Shown: positions 27,701 through 42,700 of the stretch, one piece after another
Position numbering within the stretch: the first letter of the stretch is position 1
Layout of the letters: each line of letters starts with the position of its first letter
Assembly: GCF_009914755.1 (NCBI RefSeq)
Contig: NC_060948.1
Length of the DNA: 64,000 nt
Strand: one strand, 5' to 3'
Source of the DNA: the human T2T-CHM13v2.0 reference genome, Homo sapiens
Translations under genes and position numbers: made by a program
The notes under the pieces: generated by a model
What the model was told of the DNA's origin: nothing
The model's database searches: none
The model's input: only the letters and a program-made list of their open reading frames with translations

Positions 27701-30700
27701 TCCATTTTTTTCGAGAACCTTCCATTACACTCCCTTCCATTCCAGTGCATTCCATTCCAGTCTCTTCAGTTCGATTCCATTCCATTCGTTTCGATTCCTT
27801 TCCATTCCAGCCCATTCCATTCCATTCCATTCCTTTCCTTTCCGTTTCATTAGATTCCATTGCATTCGATTCCATTCAATTCAATTCCGTTCTATTCAGT
27901 TTGATTCATTTCCATTTAATTCCATTCCATTAGATTCCATTCCGTACGATTCCATTCCTTTTGAATCCATTCCATTGGAGTCCATTCACTTCCAGAACAT
28001 TCCATTCCAGTCGATTCCATTCGAGTACATTCCATTAAAGTTCATTACATTCTAATACATTGCATTCCATTGCATTCCATTCCATTCCATTCGATGCCAT
28101 TCGATTCCATTCCATGCCAAATCATTGCATTCCTTTCCATTCCGTTCCTATCAATTCCATTCCATTCGATTTAGTTCGATTCTATTCTCTTCCATTCCAT
28201 TCGATTCCATTCCATTGGAGTCAATTCCTTTCGACACCCAGCCTTTCCAGTCAATGATTTTGGATTCCATTTTTTTGCATTCCATTACATTCTATGACAT
28301 TCGATTCCGTTTCATTGCATTCCATTCCATACATTTTTATTCCATTCGAGACCGTAGCATTCCACTTTATTCCAGGCCTGTCCATTACACTACATTCCCT
28401 TCCATTCCAATGAATTCCATTCCATTCCAATCCATTCCTTTCCTTTCGCTTGCATTCCATTCTATTCTCTTCTACTGCATACAATTTCACTCCATTCGTT
28501 CCCATTCCATTCAATTCCATTCCATTCAATTCCATTCCATTTGTTTCCATTCTCTTCGATTCCATTTCTTTATATTCCATGCCATTCAATTCGATTCTAT
28601 TGGATTGCATTACATTCGTGTTCATTCCATTCCAGACCATTCCATTTGACTCCATTCCTTTCGAGCCCTTTCAATTTGAGTCCATTCCTTTCCAGTCCAT
28701 TTCACTCCAGTCCATTACTATCCATTCCACACCATTCCATCCCATTCCATTCCATTCCATTCCATTCCATTGCATTCCATTCCATTCCATTCCTTGGCAC
28801 TGCACTCCATTCCATTACATTCTACTCTATCTGAGTCGATTTTATTGCATTAGATTCTATTCCATTGGATTACTTTCCATTCGATTACATTCCATTCATG
28901 TACATTCCATTCCAGTCAATTACATTCGAGTTCATTACATTACATTCCAGTATATTCCATTGTATTCCATCCCATTACTTTCAATTCCATTTCATTCGAC
29001 TCCATTATATGCGATTCCATTCCACTCGAATCCATTCCTTTAGAGGACATTCCATTCCAATGCATTCCATTCCATTCCATAGCATTCCATTGCATTCGAT
29101 TCCATTCCATTTGATGCCATTCCATTTGATGCCATTCCATGACATTCCATTCCATTCGAGTCCGTTCCGTTCCAATTCATTGAATTCCGTTTCATGAAAT
29201 TCGAGTCCTTTCCAGTACATTTCATTCCAATCCCATCCAATCCAATCTACTCCATTCAATTCCTTTCCATTCCATTTGATTTGATTCCATTGATTTGATT
29301 CCATTCAGTTTGATTCCATTCCGCGAAATTTCGTTCCATTCTATTCTATTACATAACTTTCCATTCAATTCCATTCCATTTCATTTCAGTCCATTCGCTT
29401 CCTTTCCTTTCGATTCAATTCCATTTGATTCCACTCCATTCTATGCGATTTCATTCCAATCGATTCAATTCCATTCGATGACATTCCTTTCGTTTCCATT
29501 CCATTCGAGTCCATTCAATTTGAGCATTCGTGTCCATTCTATTCGAGTCCATTCCATTACCGTCTATTCTATTCCCTTCCATTCCTGTTGATTCAATTTC
29601 ATTCCCTTCCATTCGATTCCTTTCCATTCGATTCCATTCCTTTCCATTCCATTCCATTCGTTCCCATTCCATGTGATTTCATTCCATTCCAGTCCATTAT
29701 ATTCGAGTCCACTCCACTCCATTCTATTACATTCAATTCCTTTTGAGTCCGTTCCATAACACTCCATTCATTTCGATTCCATTTCTTGCCAGTTTTCTTC
29801 CATTTTATTCCATTCCGTTCGATTCCATTCCATTCGATTGCATTCCATTCGAATCCTTTCCATTCCATTTCATTCCATTCCTTTCTATTCCATTCCATTT
29901 CATTCGATTTGATTCCATTCTGTTCTATTCCATTCAATTCTTTTTCATTCCATTCGAATCCTTTCTATTGCAGTCCATTCCATTCGAGTCCATTCCAATC
30001 CCTTCCATTCCATTCCATTACAGTCCATTCCAATAGATTCCATTCCTTTGCCTTCCATTCGAATCCATTCCATTCTAGTCCATTCCATTTGAGTCAATTC
30101 CATTCCATTCCATTCTATTCCTTTCCAATCCATTCGATTCCATTCGATTCAATTCCATTTGATTCTCTTTCATTCTATTTTATTCCATGCCATTTGATTG
30201 CATTGCATTCCATTCCGTTTGATTCCAGTCCATTCAAGAAAGTTCCATTCCAGTCCATTGCTTTCCAGTCCATTCCATTCCACTCTAGTCTATTCCACTC
30301 CATTCCTTTCCATTCCATTCCATACTATTCCATTCCATTCCTTTGCATTCCGTTTCCAATCTATTCGAGTCCATTGCATTCCAGTCCAATCCATTCCATT
30401 ACATTCCTTTTGATTCCCTGCCAGTCGATTGCATTGCATACTACACCATTCCAAAGGAGTCCATTCCATTCTATCTCAACACTTTCCATTCCACTCTGTT
30501 CGAGTCCATTCCATTCCAGTCCATTTAATTCAAGGGCATTCCATTCCATTCCATTTCATATTATTCCATTCCATTCAATTCCATTCCAGATGATTCCATT
30601 CCATTCTATACCATTGCTCTCTGTTCCATTCCATTCCATCTGTCTCCATTCCTTTCGTTTCGATTCCTTTCCATTCCATTACATTACATTTGATCCTATT

Positions 30701-33700
30701 TTATTAAATTGCAATCTATTCGAGTGATTTCCATTGGAGTCCTTTCCATTCGATTCCATTCCATTCTATTCCATTCCTTTGGATTCCATTCCATTCCGTT
30801 CCGTTCACATCAATTCCTTGTGATTCCATTACATTCGATTTCTTGCCATTCGATTCCATTCCTTTTGACTCCATTTCATTCGATTCCATTCCATTCCATT
30901 AATTTCCATTCCATTCGAGACCTTTCCATTGCAGTCTTTTCCCTTCGAGTCCATTCCGTTCGATTCCCTTCCATTCGATTCCATTCCATTGGAGTCCGTA
31001 CCAGTCGAGTCCATTCTATTCCAGTCCATTAGTTTCGACTCCATTGCATTCGAGTGCATTCCATTCCGTGGCTGTCCATTCCATTCCGTTTGATGCCATT
31101 CCATACGATTCCATTCAATTCGAGACCATTCTATTCCTGTCCATTCCTTGTGGTTCGATTCCATTTCACTCTAGTCCATTCCATTCCATTCAATTCCATT
31201 CGACTCTATTCCGTTCCATTCAATTCCATTCCATTCCATTCCATTTTTTTCGAGAACCTTCCATTACACTCCCTTCCATTCCAGTGCATTCCATTCCAGT
31301 CTCTTCAGTTCGCTTCCATTCCATTCGTTTCGATTCCTTTCCATTCCAGCCCATTCCATTCCATTCCATTCCTTTCCTTTCCGTTTCATTAGATTCCATT
31401 GCATTCCATTCCATTCAATTCAATTCCGTGCTATTCAATTTGATTCATTTCCATTTAATTCCATTCCATTAGATTCCATTCCGTCCGATTCCATTCCTTT
31501 TGAATCCATTCCATTGGAGTCCATTGACTTCCAGAACATTCCATTCCAGTCGAATCCATTCGAGTACATTCCATTAATGTTCATTACATTCTAATACATT
31601 CCATTCCATTGCATTCCATTCCATTCCATTCGATGCCATTCGATTCCATTCCATGCCAAATCATTGCATTCCTTTCCATTCCGTTCCTATCAATTCCATT
31701 CCATTCGATTTAGTTCGATTCTATTCACTTCCATTCCATTCGATTCCATTCCATTGGAGTCAATTCCTTTCGACACCCAGCCTTTCCAGTCAATGATTTT
31801 GGATTCCATTTTTTTGCATTCCATTACATTCTATGACATTCGATTCCGTTTCATTGCATTCCATTCCATACATTTTTATTCCATTCGAGACCGTAGCATT
31901 CCACTTTGTTCCAGGCCTGTCCATTACACTACATTCCCTTCCATTCCAATGAATTCCATTCCATTCCAATCCATTCCTTTCCTTTCACTTGCATTCCATT
32001 CTATTCTCTTCTACAGCATACAATTTCACTCCATTCGTTCCCATTCCATTCAATTCCATTCCATTCAATTCCATTCCATTTGTTTCCATTCTCTTCGATT
32101 CCATTTCTTTATATTCCATGCCATTCGATTCCATTCTATTGGATTGCATTACATTCGTGTTCATTCCATTCCAGACCATTCCATTTGACTCCATTCCTTT
32201 CGAGCCCTTTCAATTTGAGTCCATTCCTTTTCCAGTCCATTTCACTCCAGTCCATTACTATCCATTCCACACCATTCCATCCCATTCCATTCCATTGCAT
32301 TCCATTCCATTGCATTCCATTCCATTCCATTCCATTGCACTGCACTCCATTCCATTACATTCTACTCTATCTGAGTCGATTTTATTGCATTAGATTCTAT
32401 TCCATTGGATTACTTTCCATTCGATTACATTCCATTCATGTACATTCCATTCCAGTCAATTACATTCGAGTTCATTACATTACATTCCAGTATATTCCAT
32501 TGTATTCGATCCCATTCCTTTCAATTCCATTTCATTCGACTCCATTATATTCGATTCCATTCCACTCGAATCCATTCCATTAGAGGACATTCCATTCCAA
32601 TGCATTCCATTCCATTCCATAGCATTCCATTGCATTCGATTCCATTCCATTTGATGCCATTCCATTTGATGCCATTCCATGACATTCCATTCCATTCGAG
32701 TCCGTTCCGTTCCAATTCATTCCATTCCGTTTCATGAAATTCGAATCCTTTCCAGTACATTTCATTCCAATCCCATCCAATCCAATCTACTCCATTCAAT
32801 TCCTTTCCATTCCATTTGATTTGATTCCATTGGTTTGATTCCATTCAGTTTGATTCCATTCTGTGAAATTTCGTTCCATTCTATTCCATTGCATTACTTT
32901 CCATTCAATTCCATTCCATTTCATTTCAGTCCATTCGCTTCCTTTCCTTTCGATTCAATTCCATTTGATTCCACTCCATTCTATGCGATTTCATTCCAAT
33001 CGATTCAATTCCATTCGATGACATTCCTTTCATTTCCATTCCATTCGAGTCCATTCAATTTGAGCATTCGTGTCCATTCTATTCGAGTCCATTCCATTAC
33101 CGTCTATTCTATTCCCTTCCATTCCTGTTGATTCAATTTCATTCCCTTCCATTCGATTCCTTTCCATTCGATTCCATTCCTTTCCATTCCATTCCATTCG
33201 TTCCCATTCCATGTGATTTCATTCCATTCCAGTCCATTATATTCGAGTGCACTCCACTCCATTCTATTACATTCAATTCCTTTTGAGTCCGTTCCATAAC
33301 ACTCCATTCATTTCGATTCCATTTCTTGCCAGTTTTCTTCCATTTTATTCCATTCCGTTCGATTCCATTCCATTCGATTGCATTCCATTCGAATCCTTTC
33401 CATTCCATTTCATTCCATTCCTTTCTATTCCATTCCATTTCATTCGATTTGATTCCATTCTGTTCTATTCCATTCAATTCTTTTTCATTCCATTCGAATC
33501 CTTTCTATTGCAGTCCATTCCATTTGAGTCCATTCCAATCCCTTCCATTCCATTCCATTACAGTCCATTCCAATAGATTCCATTCTTTGCCTTCCATTCG
33601 AATCCATTCCATTCTAGTCCATTCCATTTGAGTCAATTCCATTCCATTCCATTCTATTCCTTTCCAATCCATTCGATTCCATTCGATTCAATTCCATTTG

Positions 33701-36700
33701 ATTCTCTTTCATTCTATTTTATTCCATGCCATTTGATTGCATTGCATTCCATTCCGTTTGACTCCAGTCCATTCAAGAAAGTTCCATTCCAGTCCATTGC
33801 TTTCCAGTCCATTCCATTCCACTCTAGTCTATTCCACTCCATTCCTTTCCATTCCATTCCATACTATTCCATTCCACTCCTTTGCATTCCGTTTCCAATC
33901 TATTCGAGTCCATTGCATTCCAGTCTAATCCATTCGATTACATTCCTTTTGATTCCCTGCCAGTCGATTGCATTGCATACTAGACCATTCCAAAGGAGTC
34001 CATTCCATTCTATCTCAACACTTTCCATTCCACTCTGTTTGAGTCCATTCCATTCCAGTCCATTTAATTCAAGGGCATTCCATTCCATTCCATTCCATTT
34101 CATATTATTCCATTCCATTCAATTCCATTCCAGATGATTCCATTCCATTCTATACCATTGCTCTCTGTTCCATTCCATTCCATCTGTCTCCATTCCTTTC
34201 GTTTCGATTCCTTTCCATTCCATTCTATTACATTTGATCCTATTTTATTAAATTGCATTCTATTCGAGTGATTTCCATTCGAGTCCTTTCCATTCGATTC
34301 CATTGCATTCTATTCCATTCCTTTGGATTCCATTCCATTCCATTCCGTTCACATCAATTCCTTGCGATTCCATTACATTCGATTTCTTGCCATTCGATTC
34401 CATTCCTTTTGACTCCATTTCATTCGATTCCATTCCATTCCATTAATTTCCATTCCATTCGAGACCTTTCCATTGCAGTCTTTTCCCTTCGAGTCCATTC
34501 CGTTCGATTCCCTTCCATTCGATTCCATTCCATTGGAGTCCGTACCAGTCGAGTCCATTCTATTCCAGTCCATTAGTTTCGACTCCATTGCATTCGAGTG
34601 CATTCCATTCCGTGGCTGTCCATTCCATTCCGTTTGATGCCATTCCATACGATTCCATTCAATTCGAGACCATTCTATTCCTGTCCATTCCTTGTGGTTC
34701 GATTCCATTTCACTCTAGTCCATTCCATTCCATTCAATTCCATTCGACTCTATTCCGTTCCATTCAATTCCATTCCATTCGATTCCATTTTTTTCGAGAA
34801 CCTTCCATTACACTCCCTTCCATTCCAGTGCATTCCATTCCAGTCTCTTCAGTTCGATTCCATTCCATTCGTTTCGATTCCTTTCCATTCCAGCCCATTC
34901 CATTCCATTCCATTCCTTTCCTTTCCGTTTCATTAGATTCCATTGCATTCGATTCCATTCAATTCAATTCCGTGCTATTCAATTTGATTCATTTCCATTT
35001 AATTCCATTCCATTAGATTCCATTCCGTACGATTCCATTCCTTTTGAATCCATTCCATTGGAGTCCATTCACTTCCAGAACATTCCATTCCAGTCGAATC
35101 CATTCGAGTACATTCCATTAAAGTTCATTACATTCTAATACATTCCATTCCATTGCATTCCATTCCATTCCATTCGATGCCATTCGATTCCATTCCATGC
35201 CAAATCATTGCATTCCTTTCCATTCCGTTCCTATCAATTCCATTCCATTCGATTTAGTTCGATTCTATTCACTTCCATTCCATTCGATTCCATTCCATTG
35301 GAGTCAATTCCTTTCGACACCCAGCCTTTCCAGTCAATGATTTTGGATTCCATTTTGTTGCATTCCATTACATTCTATGACATTCGATTCCGTTTCATTG
35401 CATTCCATTCCATACATTTTTATTCCATTCGAGACCGTAGCATTCCACTTTATTCCAGGCCTGTCCATTACACTACATTCCCTTCCATTCCAATGAATTC
35501 CATTCCATTGCAATCCATTCCTTTCCTTTCGCTTGCATTCCATTCTATTCCCTTCTACTGCATACAATTTCACTCCATTCGTTCCCATTCCATTCAATTC
35601 CATTCCATTCAATTCCATTCCATTTGTTTCCATTCTCTTCGATTCCATTTCTTTATATTCCATGCCATTCGATTCCATTCTATTGGATTGCATTACATTC
35701 GTGTTCATTCCATTCCAGACCATTCCATTTGACTCCATTCCTTTCGAGCCCTTTCAATTTGAGTCCATTCCTTTCCAGTCCATTTCACTCCAGTCCATTA
35801 CTATCCATTCCATACCATTCCATCCCATTCCATTCCATTCCATTCCATTCCATTCCATTCCATTCCATTCCATTCCATTCCATTGCATTCAATTCCATTC
35901 CATTCCATTGCACTGCACTCCATTCCATTACATTCTACTCTATCTGAGTCGGTTTTATTGCATTAGATTCTATTCCATTGGATTACTTTCCATTCGATTA
36001 CATTCCATTCATGTACATTCCATTCCAGTCAATTACATTCGAGTTCATTACATTACATTCCAGTATATTCCATTGTATTCGATCCCATTCCTTTCAATTC
36101 CATTTCATTCGACTCCATTATATTCGATTCCATTCCACTCGAATCCATTCCATTAGAGGACATTCCATTCCAATGCATTCCATTCCATTCCATAGCATTC
36201 CATTGCATTCGATTCCATTCCATTTGATGCCATTCCATTTGATGCCATTCCATGACATTCCATTCCATTCGAGTCCGTTCCGTTCCAATTCATTCCATTC
36301 CGTTTCATGAAATTCGAGTCCTTTCCAGTACATTTCATTCCAATCCCATCCAATCCAATCTACTCCATTCAATTCCTTTCCATTCCATTTGATTTGATTC
36401 CATTGGTTTGATTCCATTCAGTTTGATTCCATTCTGTGAAATTTCGTTCCATTCTATTCCATTGCATTACTTTCCATTCAATTCCATTCCATTTCATTTC
36501 AGTCCATTCGCTTCCTTTCCTTTCGATTCAATTCCATTTGATTCCACTCCATTCTATGCGATTTCATTCCAATCGATTCAATTCCATTCGATGACATTCC
36601 TTTCGTTTCCATTCCATTCGAGTCCATTCAATTTGAGCATTCGTGTCCATTCTATTCGAGTCCATTCCATTACCGTCTATTCTATTCCCTTCCATTCGTG

Positions 36701-39700
36701 TTGATTCAATTTCATTCCCTTCCATTCGATTCCTTTCCATTCGATTCCATTCCTTTCCATTCCATTCCATTCGTTCCCATTCCATGTGATTTCATTCCAT
36801 TCCAGTCCATTATATTCGAGTCCACTCCACTCCATTCTATTACATTCAATTCCTTTTGAGTCCGTTCCATAACACTCCATTCATTTCGATTCCATTTCTT
36901 GCCAGTTTTCTTCCATTTTATTCCATTCCGTTCGATTCCATTCCATTCGATTGCATTCCATTCGAATCCTTTCCATTCCATTTCATTCCATTCCTTTCTA
37001 TTCCATTCCATTTCATTCGATTTGATTCCATTCTGTTCTATTCCATTCAATTCTTTTTCATTCCATTCGAATCCTTTCTATTGCAGTCCATTCCATTCGA
37101 GTCCATTCCAATCCCTTCCATTCCATTCCATTACAGTCCATTCCAATAGATTCAATTCCTTTGCCTTCCATTCGAATCCATTCCATTCTAGTCCATTCCA
37201 TTTGAGTCAATTCCATTGCATTCCATTCTATTCCTTTCCAATCCATTCGATTCCATTCGATTCAATTCCATTTGATTCTCTTTCATTCTATTTTATTCCA
37301 TGCCATTTGATTGCATTGCATTCCATTCCGTTTGATTCCAGTCCATTCAAGAAAGTTCCATTCCAGTCCATTGCTTTCCAGTCCATTCCATTCCACTCTA
37401 GTCTATTCCACTCCATTCCTTTCCATTCCATTCCATACTATTCCATTCCATTCCTTTGCATTCCGTTTCCAATCTATTCGAGTCCATTGCATTCCAGTAC
37501 AATCCATTCCATTACATTCCTTTTGATTCCCTGCCAGTCGATTGCATTGCATACTAGACCATTCCAAACGAGTCCATTCCATTCTATCTCAACACTTTCC
37601 ATTCCACTCTGTTCGAGTCCATTCCATTCCAGTCCATTTAATTCAAGGGCATTCCATTCCATTCCATTCCATTCCATTTCATATTATTCCATTCCATTCA
37701 ATTCCATTCCAGATGATTCCATTCCATTCTATACCATTGCTCTCTGTTCCATTCCATTCCATCTGTCTCCATTCCTTTCGTTTCGATTCCTTTCCATTCC
37801 ATTCCATTACATTTGATCCTATTTTATTAAATTGCATTCTATTCGAGTGATTTCCATTCGAGTCCTTTCCATTCGATTCCATTCCATTCTATTCCATTCC
37901 TTTGGATTCCATTCCATTCCGTTCCGTTCACATCAATTCCTTGCGATTCCATTACATTCGATTTCTTGCCATTCGATTCCATTCCTTTTGACTCCATTTC
38001 ATTCGATTCCATTCCATTCCATTAATTTCCATTCCATTCGAGACCTTTCCATTGCAGTCTTTTCCCTTTGAGTCCATTCCGTTCGATTCCCTTCCATTCG
38101 ATTCCATTCCATTGGAGTCCGTACCAGTCGAGTCCATTCTATTCCAGTCCATTAGTTTCGACTCCATTGCATTCGAGTGCATTCCATTCCGTGGCTGTCC
38201 ATTCCATTCCGTTTGATGCCATTCCATACGATTCCATTCAATTCGAGACCATTCTATTCCTGTCCATTCCTTGTGGTTCGATTCCATTTCACTCTAGTCC
38301 ATTCCATTCCATTCAATTCCATTCGACTCTATTCCGTTCCATTCAATTCCATTCCATTCGATTCCATTTTTTTCGAGAACCTTCCATTACACTCCATTCC
38401 ATTCCAGTGCATTCCATTCCAGTCTCTTCAGTTCGATTCCATTCCATTCGTTTCGATTCCTTTCCATTCCAGCCCATTCCATTCCATTCCATTCCTTTCC
38501 TTTCCGTTTCATTAGATTCCATTGCATTCGATTCCATTCAATTCAATTCCGTGCTATTCAATTTGATTCATTTCCATTTAATTCCATTCCATTAGATTCC
38601 ATTCCGTACGATTCCATTCCTTTTGAATCCATTCCATTGGAGTCCATTCACTTCCAGAACATTCCATTCCAGTCGAATCCATTCGAGTACATTCCATTAA
38701 AGTTCATTACATTCTAATACATTCCATTCCATTGCATTCCATTCCATTCCATTCGATGCCATTCGATTCCATTCCATGCCAAATCATTGCATTCCTTTCC
38801 ATTCCGTTCCTATCAATTCCATTCCATTCGATTTAGTTCGATTCTATTCACTTCCATTCCATTCGATTCCATTCCATTGGAGTCAATTCCTTTCGACACC
38901 CAGCCTTTCCAGTCAATGATTTTGGATTCCATTTTGTTGCATTCCATTACATTCTATGACATTCGATTCCGTTTCATTGCATTCCATTCCATACATTTTT
39001 ATTCCATTCGAGACCGTAGCATTCCACTTTATTCCAGGCCTGTCCATTACACTACATTCCCTTCCATTCCAATGAATTCCATTCCATTGCAATCCATTCC
39101 TTTCCTTTCGCTTGCATTCCATTCTATTCCCTTCTACTGCATACAATTTCACTCCATTCGTTCCCATTCCATTCAATTCCATTCCATTCAATTCCATTCC
39201 ATTTGTTTCCATTCTCTTCGATTCCATTTCTTTATATTCCATGCCATTCGATTCCATTCTATTGGATTGCATTACATTCGTGTTCATTCCATTCCAGACC
39301 ATTCCATTTGACTCCATTCCTTTCGAGCCCTTTCAATTTGAGTCCATTCCTTTCCAGTCCATTTCACTCCAGTCCATTACTATCCATTCCATACCATTCC
39401 ATCCCATTCCATTCCATTCCATTCCATTCCATTCCATTCCATTCCATTCCATTCCATTGCATTCAATTCCATTCCATTCCATTGCACTGCACTCCATTCC
39501 ATTACATTCTACTCTATCTGAGTCGGTTTTATTGCATTAGATTCTATTCCATTGGATTACTTTCCATTCGATTACATTCCATTCATGTACATTCCATTCC
39601 AGTCAATTACATTCGAGTTCATTACATTACATTCCAGTATATTCCATTGTATTCGATCCCATTCCTTTCAATTCCATTTCATTCGACTCCATTATATTCG

Positions 39701-42700
39701 ATTCCATTCCACTCGAATCCATTCCATTAGAGGACATTCCATTCCAATGCATTCCATTCCATTCCATAGCATTCCATTGCATTCGATTCCATTCCATTTG
39801 ATGCCATTCCATTTGATGCCATTCCATGACATTCCATTCCATTCGAGTCCGTTCCGTTCCAATTCATTCCATTCCGTTTCATGAAATTCGAGTCCTTTCC
39901 AGTACATTTCATTCCAATCCCATCCAATCCAATCTACTCCATTCAATTCCTTTCCATTCCATTTGATTTGATTCCATTGGTTTGATTCCATTCAGTTTGA
40001 TTCCATTCTGTGAAATTTCGTTCCATTCTATTCCATTGCATTACTTTCCATTCAATTCCATTCCATTTCATTTCAGTCCATTCGCTTCCTTTCCTTTCGA
40101 TTCAATTCCATTTGATTCCACTCCATTCTATGCGATTTCATTCCAATCGATTCAATTCCATTCGATGACATTCCTTTCGTTTCCATTCCATTCGAGTCCA
40201 TTCAATTTGAGCATTCGTGTCCATTCTATTCGAGTCCATTCCATTACCGTCTATTCTATTCCCTTCCATTCGTGTTGATTCAATTTCATTCCCTTCCATT
40301 CGATTCCTTTCCATTCGATTCCATTCCTTTCCATTCCATTCCATTCGTTCCCATTCCATGTGATTTCATTCCATTCCAGTCCATTATATTCGAGTCCACT
40401 CCACTCCATTCTATTACATTCAATTCCTTTTGAGTCCGTTCCATAACACTCCATTCATTTCGATTCCATTTCTTGCCAGTTTTCTTCCATTTTATTCCAT
40501 TCCGTTCGATTCCATTCCATTCGATTGCATTCCATTCGAATCCTTTCCATTCCATTTCATTCCATTCCTTTCTATTCCATTCCATTTCATTCGATTTGAT
40601 TCCATTCTGTTCTATTCCATTCAATTCTTTTTCATTCCATTCGAATCCTTTCTATTGCAGTCCATTCCATTCGAGTCCATTCCAATCCCTTCCATTCCAT
40701 TCCATTACAGTCCATTCCAATAGATTCCATTCCTTTGCCTTCCATTCGAATCCATTCCATTCTAGTCCATTCCATTTGAGTCAATTCCATTCCATTCCAT
40801 TCTATTCCTTTCCAATCCATTCGATTCCATTCGATTCAATTCCATTTGATTCTCTTTCATTCTATTTTATTCCATGCCATTTGATTGCATTGCATTCCAT
40901 TCCGTTTGATTCCAGTCCATTCAAGAAAGTTCCATTCCAGTCCATTGCTTTCCAGTCCATTCCATTCCACTCTAGTCTATTCCACTCCATTCCTTTCCAT
41001 TCCATTCCATACTATTCCATTCCATTCCTTTGCATTCCGTTTCCAATCTATTCGAGTCCATTGCATTCCAGTCCAATCCATTCCATTACATTCCTTTTGA
41101 TTCCCTGCCAGTCGATTGCATTGCATACTAGACCATTCCAAACGAGTCCATTCCATTCTATCTCAACACTTTCCATTCCACTCTGTTCGAGTCCATTCCA
41201 TTCCAGTCCATTTAATTCAAGGGCATTCCATTCCATTCCATTCCATTCCATTTCATATTATTCCATTCCATTCAATTCCATTCCAGATGATTCCATTCCA
41301 TTCTATACCATTGCTCTCTGTTCCATTCCATTCCATCTGTCTCCATTCCTTTCGTTTCGATTCCTTTCCATTCCATTCCATTACATTTGATCCTATTTTA
41401 TTAAATTGCATTCTATTCGAGTGATTTCCATTCGAGTCCTTTCCATTCGATTCCATTCCATTCTATTCCATTCCTTTGGATTCCATTCCATTCCGTTCCG
41501 TTCACATCAATTCCTTGCGATTCCATTACATTCGATTTCTTGCCATTCGATTCCATTCCTTTTGACTCCATTTCATTCGATTCCATTCCATTCCATTAAT
41601 TTCCATTCCATTCGAGACCTTTCCATTGCAGTCTTTTCCCTTTGAGTCCATTCCGTTCGATTCCCTTCCATTCGATTCCATTCCATTGGAGTCCGTACCA
41701 GTCGAGTCCATTCTATTCCAGTCCATTAGTTTCGACTCCATTGCATTCGAGTGCATTCCATTCCGTGGCTGTCCATTCCATTCCGTTTGATGCCATTCCA
41801 TACGATTCCATTCAATTCGAGACCATTCTATTCCTGTCCATTCCTTGTGGTTCGATTCCATTTCACTCTAGTCCATTCCATTCCATTCAATTCCATTCGA
41901 CTCTATTCCGTTCCATTCAATTCCATTCCATTCGATTCCATTTTTTTCGAGAACCTTCCATTACACTCCGTTCCATTCCAGTGCATTCCATTCCAGTCTC
42001 TTCAGTTCGATTCCATTCCATTCGTTTCGATTCCTTTCCATTCCAGCCCATTCCATTCCATTCCATTCCTTTCCTTTCCGTTTCATTAGATTCCATTGCA
42101 TTCGATTCCATTCAATTCAATTCCGTGCTATTCAATTTGATTCATTTCCATTTAATTCCATTCCATTAGATTCCATTCCGTACGATTCCATTCCTTTTGA
42201 ATCCATTCCATTGGAGTCCATTCACTTCCAGAACATTCCATTCCAGTCGAATCCATTCGAGGACATTCCATTAAAGTTCATTACATTCTAATACATTCCA
42301 TTCCATTGCATTCCATTCCATTCCATTCGATGCCATTCGATTGCATTCCATGCCAAATCATTGCATTCCTTTCCATTCCGTTCCTATCAATTCCATTCCA
42401 TTCGATTTAGTTCGATTCTATTCACTTCCATTCCATTTGATTCCATTCCATTGGAGTCAATTCCTTTCGACACCCAGCCTTTCCAGTCAATGATTTTGGA
42501 TTCCATTTTTTTGCATTCCATTACATTCTATGACATTCGATTCCGTTTCATTGCATTCCATTCCATACATTTTTATTCCATTCGAGACCGTAGCATTCCA
42601 CTTTATTCCAGGCCTGTCCATTACACTACATTCCCTTCCATTCCAATGAATTCCATTCCATTCCAATCCATTCCTTTCCTTTCGCTTGCATTCCATTCTA

